Assembly: GCA_965228605.1 (NCBI GenBank)
Contig: OZ245825.1
Location: forward strand, 735,621 to 799,620
Length of the DNA: 64,000 bases
DNA from: Phycisphaerales bacterium
Lineage (GTDB): Bacteria > Planctomycetota > Phycisphaerae > Phycisphaerales > UBA1924
Direction: 5' to 3'
Of the stretch, positions 49,379 through 57,906 are shown piece after piece. The notes under the pieces are model-generated. The model had not been told where the DNA came from. It was given only the letters and a program-made list of their open reading frames with translations, and made no database searches. Within the stretch, counting starts at the first letter, position 1, and each line of letters begins with the position of its first letter. The translations under genes and the position numbers were made by a program.

Positions 49379-50521
49379 CTACCAGTCGGCTAGGAGGTCG
49401 AACCGCTCGCCGGTCCGCCATCGCGGTGGTACTCGGTCCACCGATGAGACCCTGGCGTCGTCATCGAAGGTGAGGACGAGCGTGAAGGGCTCACCGGCGT
49501 CCATGTCGTACTCCCATCGGTCGGCAAACCAGATGACCTGATCGGGCTCCCCGATCGCGACGAGCACGGCGCTGCTGGTCAGGCCTCGTGTGATCGAGTC
49601 TGCGTGGTCGTGTCTGGGGCCCTTGAGTGGAGGGAGTTTCAGGCCCGAGTCGGTGCATGGGCAGGCGGGTGGCACAGCGCCGAGCATGCGGATCGCCGTG
49701 TGGACGAACGCACGGACGGGGAGCTGCTCGACGCTGCCTGGGTCGAGCCGGCCTCTCAGAGAAGGGCGGTCCTTCTCGGGCGCGACGACCGGCGCGCACG
49801 CGATCCGGTGGAGGGCCGGCAGGGCTTCCTTTGCGCCAGCCGAACCCGCGAGTAGCGCTGCGTTGGCGATGGGGTAGAGCGACTCCCATTCTCCGGGTTT
49901 CGGTTCGGCGTTCTCCAGTTCCCGCACCGCCTTCGCGACTTCCGCGCGTTCTGCAGCCTTGAGCAATCCGGGCGTGATCTCCGTGTTGCGCCGATCGGTG
50001 AGGCTCAGAGCGATCCGCGTACCCCATGAGGTGCGGAGCACGAAGTACTCCTTGTCTTCGTGGTTGAGGAAGTACCAGTTTGAGTAACTCGACCACATCG
50101 GCCCCGCTGTCGTCCAGGAGATGTGGGCCTCGTCCTCCTTCGAGAAGGCATCAAAGATCCGAAGTTCGCACGCCTTGGCGCCCGTGAGTGGTTCGAAGGC
50201 GAACAGCTCGTCGTGTGCCGTTCGGGCGACGAGCCACCCGGAGTCGCTGATCCACAGCGCAACGGGTGACGGCTCTTCTCGCGGCTGACGACGAGTCCAC
50301 AGGACGGTGTCGGTTGCGACATCGCGGAATGTGTAGACGAAGTCGTCGGCGAACGGCTGACGGTTGGCGTTGTCGGGCGAGACGGTTGTGGCGTGATAGG
50401 CCCCGTTGGGTGACGTCGCTTCCGCGTCCTGGTAATAACGGTTGGTCGCGCTGGCATGCGGGGCGGCGGAGAGCAGCAGCGTGGTGGCGAGGGCAACGGC
50501 GGGCGACTTGGCGCGGGCCAT
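49379..50521 (-). CDS. Secreted hypothetical protein, co-operonic with the upstream HEAT/zinc-ribbon membrane protein
   Basis: Signal peptide MARAKSPAVALATTLLLSAAPHASA. 4-nt gap to the upstream gene. Confidence 0.5.
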   Translation of the reverse strand: MARAKSPAVALATTLLLSAAPHASATNRYYQDAEATSPNGAYHATTVSPDNANRQPFADDFVYTFRDVATDTVLWTRRQPREEPSPVALWISDSGWLVARTAHDELFAFEPLTGAKACELRIFDAFSKEDEAHISWTTAGPMWSSYSNWYFLNHEDKEYFVLRTSWGTRIALSLTDRRNTEITPGLLKAAERAEVAKAVRELENAEPKPGEWESLYPIANAALLAGSAGAKEALPALHRIACAPVVAPEKDRPSLRGRLDPGSVEQLPVRAFVHTAIRMLGAVPPACPCTDSGLKLPPLKGPRHDHADSITRGLTSSAVLVAIGEPDQVIWFADRWEYDMDAGEPFTLVLTFDDDARVSSVDRVPPRWRTGERFDLLADW

Positions 50522-50525
50522 GAGT

Positions 50526-51791
50526 TCACTCCTTCGAGTCGAGTGCCTTGAGGATGCCAGATGAGTAGACACGGAGAACCGGATCGTTGCTTTGGGCAGC
50601 GGTCGTAGCGATGCCCCTGGAGGCCTGAGCGCCAGCCGGCGCCAGCGAGAGGAGAGCGCGGAGCGAGGCCATCTGTCGCGCTGGATCCGACGAGGCGTAC
50701 TCGGCCGCGGCCCGATCCGTGGCCTGCGCGATCAGTGCCGGCTCGGTGGCGATGCTCTGCGCCGCTGCGGTGCGAGCGATCGCCTCCGGCTCGAAGAGGC
50801 ACTCGAGGAGCAAGCCGGCAACCTCGGGGTGCAGCGGGTCGATCGAACCCAGCGCTTCGATGCAGAGTCCCTTGTCAGGGGCATCATTGACCTGGCCCAG
50901 GAGCGACAAGATGTCATCGAGAGCGGGCTGTGCAAGCGGTCCGATCCTCCCGAGCGCCTGCGCCGCCGCTGCACGGGTGTCGTCCCATCTGCTCGCCGGG
51001 GTGGGTGCCCGGACGAGTTCTCGCAACAGCGGTATCGCCTCGGCGGCATATGGGCCATAGAGGCCAAGCAGCGTGACATAGCCAGAGTCGGTGGAGTCCT
51101 CTTCGAGCAGTCCGATGATGACAGGAACGGCGCGCGATGCGCCCGTGGGCGCGCACGAGGACAAGATGCTCCTGCAGGTCCATCTCCCCTCATAGTTCGA
51201 GGACTGTTCGAGGGCGATCAGTTCATCGATGACAAGGTCCACCGCCGGGGCGGCGTCAGCGTCCATCGCGTCGAGCCATCCCAGGACCGTCGGGTCGAGC
51301 GGATCCGGGCCGGGGCGGCTCAGGACACTCGCACAGCAACGCGCGAGCAAACGGTGTTGCCACGAGGTGCCCGCCGATAGTCGCGTGCCCCTCCATCGCT
51401 TCTCGAACAACCGCTCGCTCACCGCCTTGATGCGCACATCGTCCGGGTCTTCGCACAGGGGTACCCCGAGGATCAGGAGTGTCGTTGGCGCGACGCGGAC
51501 CCACCCCTCGCCCCGTAGCTGGGGGAACGAGGCGATCGCGGCGGAAGTGACAATCAACGCTGCTGCCAGCCCGGCTCGCCCCCAGCGCCGCTTGGTCTTC
51601 GTGAGCCTGCGGGCGTGGCGCGCGTTGTTCCCACACTCGGGACAGGTCAGGCCCGCGGTGCCCGACATGTCGTACCAGCACTTGGGGCAGCGCAGCCGGC
51701 CCTTGGATCGGTCTGCGAACAGCGCTCTGGCCAGCAGCAGAAGCGCGGCCGCCAGCCCGAGGCCTCCCGTCAGGTACCAGGCCCACTCCAT
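50526..51791 (-). CDS. Membrane protein: TM – cytoplasmic zinc ribbon (RCPKCWYDMSGTAGLTCPECG) – TM – periplasmic HEAT-repeat domain
   Basis: N-terminal module paralogous to the zinc-ribbon family members. The C-terminal part has HEAT/armadillo-like repeats. Confidence 0.6.
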   Translation of the reverse strand: MEWAWYLTGGLGLAAALLLLARALFADRSKGRLRCPKCWYDMSGTAGLTCPECGNNARHARRLTKTKRRWGRAGLAAALIVTSAAIASFPQLRGEGWVRVAPTTLLILGVPLCEDPDDVRIKAVSERLFEKRWRGTRLSAGTSWQHRLLARCCASVLSRPGPDPLDPTVLGWLDAMDADAAPAVDLVIDELIALEQSSNYEGRWTCRSILSSCAPTGASRAVPVIIGLLEEDSTDSGYVTLLGLYGPYAAEAIPLLRELVRAPTPASRWDDTRAAAAQALGRIGPLAQPALDDILSLLGQVNDAPDKGLCIEALGSIDPLHPEVAGLLLECLFEPEAIARTAAAQSIATEPALIAQATDRAAAEYASSDPARQMASLRALLSLAPAGAQASRGIATTAAQSNDPVLRVYSSGILKALDSKE

Positions 51792-51854
51792 AGCCAGACC
51801 ATACGCCCGGCGGGGGGATCGGTTGCCCGCGAAGGGCCGCTACACTCGCCACCC

Positions 51855-54728
51855 ATGGCCAAACGGACCACGCCCACGCCGGCGATGCGCCAGTTCTACG
51901 CCTTCAAAGAGCAGCACCCGGGGTGCGTGCTCTTCTTCCGCATGGGCGACTTTTACGAGCTGTTCGAGGACGATGCCAAGCTCGCTTCGCGCGTGCTCGG
52001 GCTCACGCTCACGCAGCGCTCGGAGGGTGTGCCCATGGCGGGCGTGCCCTACCACTCGGCCGATGGGTACATCAAGCGGATGATTGAGGCGGGCCACCGC
52101 GTCGCGATCGCGGACCAGGTGCAGGACCCGAAGGAGGCCAAGGGCATCGTCGAGCGCGCGGTGACGCGCGTCGTCACCCCGGGCACGCGGATCGACGAGT
52201 CCCTGCTCGACGATGCGGCCAACCACCTCGCGGCGGTGTGCTTCCTCGGTGAGGGCGATGACCCCGATGGGCCCGTCGCGTGGGGTGTGGTCGAGGCGTC
52301 CACGGGGGCGTTCGTGATCGGCGAGTCGGTGGCATCGCTCCTGAGCGACGACCTGGCGCGCTGGGGCGCGAGCGAGGTGCTGTATTGCGAGACCGCGACG
52401 GGCAAGCCGCCGGCGCGTCTCGACGCGGCGGTGGGGGGGCTCGGGTGCTCGCTCACAGCGCGGGCGTCGTGGCACTTCCGTCAGAAGGAATCGGTCGAGG
52501 CGCTGTCCGAGCAGTTCGGCGTCACGACCCTCGAGGGATTCGGGCTCGTCGATGACGACCCGGCACTGCGCCCCGCGGGGGTGCTCGTGCGCTACCTGCG
52601 CGAGACGCAGGCGCTCGACATGGGCGAGGTCGCGACGTCGGAGGGCGCTGGCTCGGGGACGATGCTCGCGGCGGTTCTGCGCTCGCGCTCGCTTGCGCAC
52701 CTGCGCCCGCCCCGGCGCGAGGTGCGCACGGGGCACGTCGTCATCGATGCGGTCACGCTTCGCGCGCTGGAAGTCGAGCGCACGGTGCGCGATGGTGCGC
52801 TTGAGGGCTCGCTGGTCGGCGCGTTCCTCTCGGGCGCGGGACGCGGGTGCGCGACCCCCATGGGCAAGCGGCTCCTCCGCGAGTGGCTCACGCGCCCGCT
52901 CGCGGATGCGGGCGCGATCACGGCCCGCCAGGACGCGGTCGCGACGCTGGTCGAGGACCGAAGGGCGGCGGGCGAACTCGGGCGTGCGCTGGAGCGTGTC
53001 CAGGACGTGGCCCGCATCGTCGGGCGCATCGGGCTCGGGCGCGCGACGCCGCGTGACCTGGTGGCGATGGGGCGGTCGCTGGGCGCGATCAGCGCGATCG
53101 AGGCCGCGATGGAGGGTGCGCCGGCGCTGCGCGCGCACCGCGAGGCCCTCGCCGGCCTGCGTGCATCGCTCGAACCGATCGCGGCGGACATCGCGGCGCA
53201 GTGTGTCGAATCACCACCCGCGCACCTGCGCGAGGGCGGGCTGTTCCGCGATGGCGTGGATGCGGAGCTCGACGAGTGCCGGGGCCTGCAGCGCGAGTCG
53301 GACTCGTGGCTCGCCAGGTACCAGGGCGAGCTGATCGAGGCGCACGACCTGCCGAGCCTCAAGGTGGGCTACAACAAGGTCTTCGGCTACTACATCGAGC
53401 TGCCCGCCGCCCAGGCGCGGCGCGCGCCGGATGTGTTCACGCGCAAGCAGACGCTCAAGAACGCCGAGCGGTACATCACCCCCGAGCTCAAGCAGTACGA
53501 GGACAAGGTGCTCAGCGCGGGCGAGCGGGCGATCGCGCGCGAGCTGACGCTGTTCCTCGGCCTGTGCGCACGCGTGACGGAACTGGCGGGCGAGGTGGCG
53601 CGGTTCGGGGAGTGCGTCGCGGAGCTCGATGTGCTGGCGTGCTTTGCGGGGAAGGCGGCGAGCCGGGGGTGGGTGCGCCCGGAGGTCGAGGGCGAGGCGT
53701 CGGTGGTGGACATCGAGGAGGGCCGCCACCCGGTACTCGACGAGGTGCTCGCGCACGAGTTCGTGCCCAATGGTTGTGCACTGGGTGTGCGCACCGCGAG
53801 CGCGGGGGCTGTGGAGGGTGCGCCGCGGCTTGCGCTGATCACCGGGCCCAACATGGCGGGCAAGTCCACGTACATCCGCCAGGTCGCGCTGCTCGTGCTG
53901 CTCGCGCACACGGGGTCGTTCCTCCCAGCCGACCGGGCGCGCGTGGGCATCGTCGACCGCATCTTCTCGCGGCTCGGCGCAGACGATGCGCTGCACCGCG
54001 GTCAGTCGACGTTCATGGTGGAGATGATCGAGACCGCGCGGATCCTCCACCACGCGACGGGGCGGTCGCTCATCGTGCTCGACGAGATCGGGCGCGGGAC
54101 CTCGACGCTTGATGGGTTGAGCCTGGCGTGGGCGATCGCGGAGGAGTTGGGGGCCGGAGAGACGGAGGGACGTGGGGGAGAAGAGACGGAGAGACGGAGA
54201 GACGGAGAGACGGAGTGTGGGAGTGGGCCGGGGGGTGATGGGTCGCCGTTGGTTTTGTTCGCAACGCACTACCACGAGTTGACGGAACTGGCCGAGTCGA
54301 TGCCTCATGCGGTGCGCAACCTGCACGTGAGCGTGGAGGAGTTCGGGGATGAGATCGTGTTCCTGCACCGCATCGTGCCCGGCGCGGCCGGGGGGAGCTA
54401 CGGCATCCACGTCGCCAAGCTCGCGGGCCTGCCAAGGGGCGTGGTCGCGCGGGCCCAGCACCTGCTCGGATCGCTCAGCGTCTCGCAGGAGCAGGCGCTG
54501 AGGAGCGGGGAGGGCGGCGCGGGTGCGCCGTCGGCGCGCCCGCCGGCGGATCAGATGATGCTGTTCACACAATTCGTCACGCACCCGGTGGTGGACGAGC
54601 TGAAGTCGCTCGACATCACCCGCCTGTCGCCCATGGACGCGTTCGATGAGCTGCGGCGGATGTCGCGGTCGGTGCGGGAGAGCGCGGACGGGGGCGCACC
54701 CGACGGCCCGGGGCCGAACGGGCGGTGA
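51855..54728 (+). CDS. mutS: DNA mismatch repair protein MutS carrying an in-frame insertion encoded by tandem GAGACGGA repeats
   Basis: All MutS domains are present (mismatch-binding N-terminus, Walker A GPNMAGKSTYIRQ, DEIGRGTST, ATHYHEL). About 25 extra residues (…GETEGRGGEETERRRDGETECGSGPGGDG…) lie between Walker B and the THYHEL motif. Start taken at ATG 51855. Confidence 0.9.
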   Translation: MAKRTTPTPAMRQFYAFKEQHPGCVLFFRMGDFYELFEDDAKLASRVLGLTLTQRSEGVPMAGVPYHSADGYIKRMIEAGHRVAIADQVQDPKEAKGIVERAVTRVVTPGTRIDESLLDDAANHLAAVCFLGEGDDPDGPVAWGVVEASTGAFVIGESVASLLSDDLARWGASEVLYCETATGKPPARLDAAVGGLGCSLTARASWHFRQKESVEALSEQFGVTTLEGFGLVDDDPALRPAGVLVRYLRETQALDMGEVATSEGAGSGTMLAAVLRSRSLAHLRPPRREVRTGHVVIDAVTLRALEVERTVRDGALEGSLVGAFLSGAGRGCATPMGKRLLREWLTRPLADAGAITARQDAVATLVEDRRAAGELGRALERVQDVARIVGRIGLGRATPRDLVAMGRSLGAISAIEAAMEGAPALRAHREALAGLRASLEPIAADIAAQCVESPPAHLREGGLFRDGVDAELDECRGLQRESDSWLARYQGELIEAHDLPSLKVGYNKVFGYYIELPAAQARRAPDVFTRKQTLKNAERYITPELKQYEDKVLSAGERAIARELTLFLGLCARVTELAGEVARFGECVAELDVLACFAGKAASRGWVRPEVEGEASVVDIEEGRHPVLDEVLAHEFVPNGCALGVRTASAGAVEGAPRLALITGPNMAGKSTYIRQVALLVLLAHTGSFLPADRARVGIVDRIFSRLGADDALHRGQSTFMVEMIETARILHHATGRSLIVLDEIGRGTSTLDGLSLAWAIAEELGAGETEGRGGEETERRRDGETECGSGPGGDGSPLVLFATHYHELTELAESMPHAVRNLHVSVEEFGDEIVFLHRIVPGAAGGSYGIHVAKLAGLPRGVVARAQHLLGSLSVSQEQALRSGEGGAGAPSARPPADQMMLFTQFVTHPVVDELKSLDITRLSPMDAFDELRRMSRSVRESADGGAPDGPGPNGR
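54183..54214. repeat. Four perfect tandem copies of the 8-mer GAGACGGA inside mutS (plus a degenerate copy at 54159-54166)
   Basis: The reverse complement, TCCGTCTC, is the repeat unit that fills the tRNA-array spacers. Confidence 0.8.
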
Positions 54729-54737
54729 CCGCAGGGG

Positions 54738-54950
54738 TTGCGCGGGTCGCCGGAGTCGGGGGCGGCGACGGAGGAGTTCGAGGGGGCTCGCGCAGGGCTC
54801 GACGGCCCGTTCGCGGAGCTCAACAGGGCTTGCGCACAGCTCGAAGGGCACGCGGAAGAGCTCAGCGCGGCTTCCGAAGAGTTCATCATGGCTTTCGAGG
54901 CGTTCGCGGCCGCCCCGTTGTTCTGTGAGATCGCCAGTCAGGACCTGTGA
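54738..54950 (+). CDS. Small acidic hypothetical protein
   Basis: 70-aa ORF immediately downstream of mutS. Confidence 0.3.
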   Translation: MRGSPESGAATEEFEGARAGLDGPFAELNRACAQLEGHAEELSAASEEFIMAFEAFAAAPLFCEIASQDL

Positions 54951-54992
54951 GCGGCGTTCAGGCGGTCACACGATCCCCCGCCCCGCCTACCG

Positions 54993-56063
54993 TTGCCCGT
55001 GATGAACCCGATCCCCCCCATCCTGGCCCAGGCCGCAACGAATGCCCCGCGTCCCCCGGCGCTGGGGGATGAAGTGTCGTCGGCGTTGCGCGACCTGGAC
55101 TGGTCGGCGCACACCATCGTGCTCGGGGCGCTGGTGATCGGCATCGCGGTCTGGCTCTTCGGGCGTGCGCTGTCGCGCCTGGCGTTCGGGGGTGTGGGGC
55201 TCGTGCTCGGCGCTTCGGCCGGGTGGAGCCTGCCCGCGGCGGTCGGGCTCAACTTCGACACGTGGCTCACCACGGGGATCGGCGCGATCCTCGGGCTGAT
55301 CGTCGGGATGGCGGCGCTGCGCTTTGTCGTGGCCAGTTCGCTCGGCGTGCTGCTCGCCGCGGTCTCGCCCTTCGTCATGACGGGGCTGCTCACGCTCAAC
55401 CCGCCACCCCCCCCAGGCGCCGACCCCGATGCGCCGGGGCCCGGCATCGACCTGCCCTCACAGCTCCCCACGCTCCCGCTCAACGGCGCCGGCGGCGACG
55501 GCGAGGCGGCGCCGCCCGCGGGGCTGAGTCCCGAGGAATTGAAGGAGTGGAAGGACCTCTACGAGGACTTCGTGAAAGGTGGGGATGCGGAGGGGGGCGA
55601 TGCGCCCGCGGGCGGCGGTCCCGGAGCCGACGACCCGGGCGAGCCATCGCAAGCCGAGCAGACGCTCGCGGAGGGCGCAGAGCGTGTGCGCGTGTTCTTC
55701 GGCGCGCTGGGTGATCAGCTCCGCCCGTATTGGGACGAGATGGACGGGCGCCAGAAGACGCTTTACATCGGCGCGGCGTTGCTTGCGCTGGCGGTGGGCG
55801 TGGGCGGCGGGATGCTGCTGCCCAAGAAGTCGGCGGCGCTGGTGACGGCGTTCCTCGGCGCGGGCCTGTGGATTCCTGCGAGCGTGTGGCTCTGCAGCCT
55901 CGCGGGCAAGCCGTTGCCTGGCCTGCTGCCCGAGAGCCCGCTGGGGTGGGTGGCGGTGTGGCTGGGCGCGGGGGCGCTGGGGACCGTGTTCCAATGGACG
56001 GGCATTGGCGGGCGCGTGCTCAGGCGCGGCAAGAAGAAGCGGGGGCGGACGGACGACGAGTAG
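54993..56063 (+). CDS. Integral membrane protein (multi-TM with Pro/Gly/Asp-rich central loop)
   Basis: Several TM helices at both ends. Low-complexity acidic central region. Confidence 0.55.
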   Translation: MPVMNPIPPILAQAATNAPRPPALGDEVSSALRDLDWSAHTIVLGALVIGIAVWLFGRALSRLAFGGVGLVLGASAGWSLPAAVGLNFDTWLTTGIGAILGLIVGMAALRFVVASSLGVLLAAVSPFVMTGLLTLNPPPPPGADPDAPGPGIDLPSQLPTLPLNGAGGDGEAAPPAGLSPEELKEWKDLYEDFVKGGDAEGGDAPAGGGPGADDPGEPSQAEQTLAEGAERVRVFFGALGDQLRPYWDEMDGRQKTLYIGAALLALAVGVGGGMLLPKKSAALVTAFLGAGLWIPASVWLCSLAGKPLPGLLPESPLGWVAVWLGAGALGTVFQWTGIGGRVLRRGKKKRGRTDDE

Positions 56064-56081
56064 CCGGCGCCCGGTGGTGCG

Positions 56082-57536
56082 CTAGGGGTCGGTGACCTCG
56101 ACCGGGAGTGTGATCTCGCCGCGCCAGTAAGACGTCGCCTCGTGGGCGGAGAGGGCGGCGGCTTCGTCGGTGGAGATGCGGACGCGCCAACGGGGGGCGT
56201 CGGACGGGGTGATTCGGAAGAGTTCGTCATCGACGGGGGTCATCTCGACCTCATCGAGCCACATCGGAGTCGATTGGGTCCAGACTTCCCAGCCGGTGGC
56301 GACGACAGTGTCGTCGAGCATGAGGTCGATGCGGATGCCGAAGGCCATGCCTGGGTAGGGCGTGCACACGTCGGAGACCGCAAAGTCCCATTGGCCCGGG
56401 GTGCCGTTCTGGCCCGCGGGGACGATTGGGCGCGTGTGGAACCAGAGCTGGAAGTGGGGGGCGGCTTTCTCCCGCCTGACGGCGCCGATGGAGAGCTGCT
56501 GGCGGAGCCTGTCGGCGATCGTGGGGTCGGGGATGGGGGTGAGGATGTCGTCGATGCTCTCGACGCCTTCGAGTTCGAGCGTGATGTCGTGGCGTGCGAT
56601 CACGCCACTCGCGGCGTGGGCTGCGAGGCGAAGTTCGGTCGTGTTGGGGCCCAGCGCCGGGGGATCGAGGATGAGCCGGTCGCGGCGGGCCCAGAAGTCC
56701 GAGGAAGGGAGGCCCCAGATCCTGTTCGGCCCATCGATCATCAGTGTGGCGGTCCTGTCGGGCGCGCTCGGCTCTGAGAGTTGGATGTTGAGGTGTGACC
56801 AGCAGTCGGACCTGAACCACGGCCCGGTGTGGCCCAGTTGCACGATCACGGGGAGGCCGGCGACCCAGCGGTCGCGGACCTTGACGGCATCGCGTGCGGT
56901 GGCGGCGGTGCCGATGTACTCGCGTCGCAGGCCGAAGCGGCGGAGGAACGCCGGCGCCTCGTGCTCGACACGGCGCGTGGTTTCGGAGCGGAGCGTTGTC
57001 CTCGGGCCGCTGAGGTCATCGACGAGGAGGAAGAGGATGGGCGTCGGGATGCCGGCGACCAGGCCGCGCTCGCGCATCTCGTCGAAGCGGAAGGCGGGCC
57101 AGGCGAGGAGGAGGGCGAAGACCGCGGCGGCCGCGGTGCGCCAGCGGCGTCGTCGGCGGCGCCAGTCCTTGGGGCCCTTGACGGTGCGGCCGCACTCGGG
57201 GCAGCGGCCGGTGGGGTTGTCGCGGTCGAGGTCGCTGAGGTCGTAGGTGCACCTGGGGCAGCGCTGGCCGCGCGGACGCCGGCCTCGCAGCGCCCAGGCG
57301 AGCAGGGCGAGGCTCGCGAGCGCGATGCCCGCTGCGGCGTGGTCCCATGTGGGCGGGAAGGGGTACCAACTGGAGTACCGGATATCGTCGATCAAGCCCG
57401 GGATGATCGACGGGCCGATGGGGATGAAGATCGCGAGGGCGAGGGCGACGAGGCCCATGCCGCTCGCGGAGGCGACCAGGCTCACGATTGCCATCCACTC
57501 GCCGATCGTCGATTGCTGCATCGAACACCTGAGCAC
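56082..57536 (-). CDS. Membrane protein: TM – TM – zinc ribbon (RCPRCTYDLSDLDRDNPTGRCPECG) – polyArg – TM – large extracytoplasmic domain
   Basis: Shares the zinc-ribbon plus basic tract plus TM module with the genes at 45811, 46460 and 50526. Confidence 0.6.
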   Translation of the reverse strand: MLRCSMQQSTIGEWMAIVSLVASASGMGLVALALAIFIPIGPSIIPGLIDDIRYSSWYPFPPTWDHAAAGIALASLALLAWALRGRRPRGQRCPRCTYDLSDLDRDNPTGRCPECGRTVKGPKDWRRRRRRWRTAAAAVFALLLAWPAFRFDEMRERGLVAGIPTPILFLLVDDLSGPRTTLRSETTRRVEHEAPAFLRRFGLRREYIGTAATARDAVKVRDRWVAGLPVIVQLGHTGPWFRSDCWSHLNIQLSEPSAPDRTATLMIDGPNRIWGLPSSDFWARRDRLILDPPALGPNTTELRLAAHAASGVIARHDITLELEGVESIDDILTPIPDPTIADRLRQQLSIGAVRREKAAPHFQLWFHTRPIVPAGQNGTPGQWDFAVSDVCTPYPGMAFGIRIDLMLDDTVVATGWEVWTQSTPMWLDEVEMTPVDDELFRITPSDAPRWRVRISTDEAAALSAHEATSYWRGEITLPVEVTDP

Positions 57537-57687
57537 TTGGTCGGGGAGCGGTGCTGAAGCCGTCTCGCTCCGTGTCCAGAAGCCGACCTGCTCGCGGCGT
57601 TCACTCCCAGGAGCTCAACCTCGTCCTGAGCGCGTTCGGGGGGGCGTGTGACCGACGGACACGCGCCGAACGCGCGAGGAGGCCCAA

Positions 57688-57734
57688 AGCGGGTGACCGG
57701 AGTCGAACCGGCGACATTCAGCTTGGGAAGCTAG
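57688..57734 (-). other. 3' fragment (about 47 nt) of a tRNA-Gly (CCC) gene, a putative attL/attR of an integrated element
   Basis: The reverse complement reads …AGCTT-CCCAAG…GCCGG-TTCGACT-CCGGT-CACCCGC-T (anticodon arm, T-arm, Gly-type acceptor with U73). No 5' half (acceptor 5', D-arm) is present. Confidence 0.6.
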
Positions 57735-57906
57735 TTCATGGGACTTGCGCGCGGTGGGGGTGGGTGGCTCAGGATGCCCGTGGGATCGGCGGAATCGGCG
57801 GTCTGAGCGGGGTTGTGGACGATTCTCGTGGGTCGCCTCGTCTCGGCTCATCGACGCCCGGATACGGTTACATGCGCCAAGAAGTGCGCCAAACCTTGGA
57901 GTTCGC

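Noticed and set aside
57661-57760. Full-length tRNA at the prophage boundary
   Set aside because: Only the anticodon-arm-to-3'-end portion of a tRNA-Gly is present. The expected 5' acceptor/D-arm sequence is absent, so it is called a fragment (att remnant).
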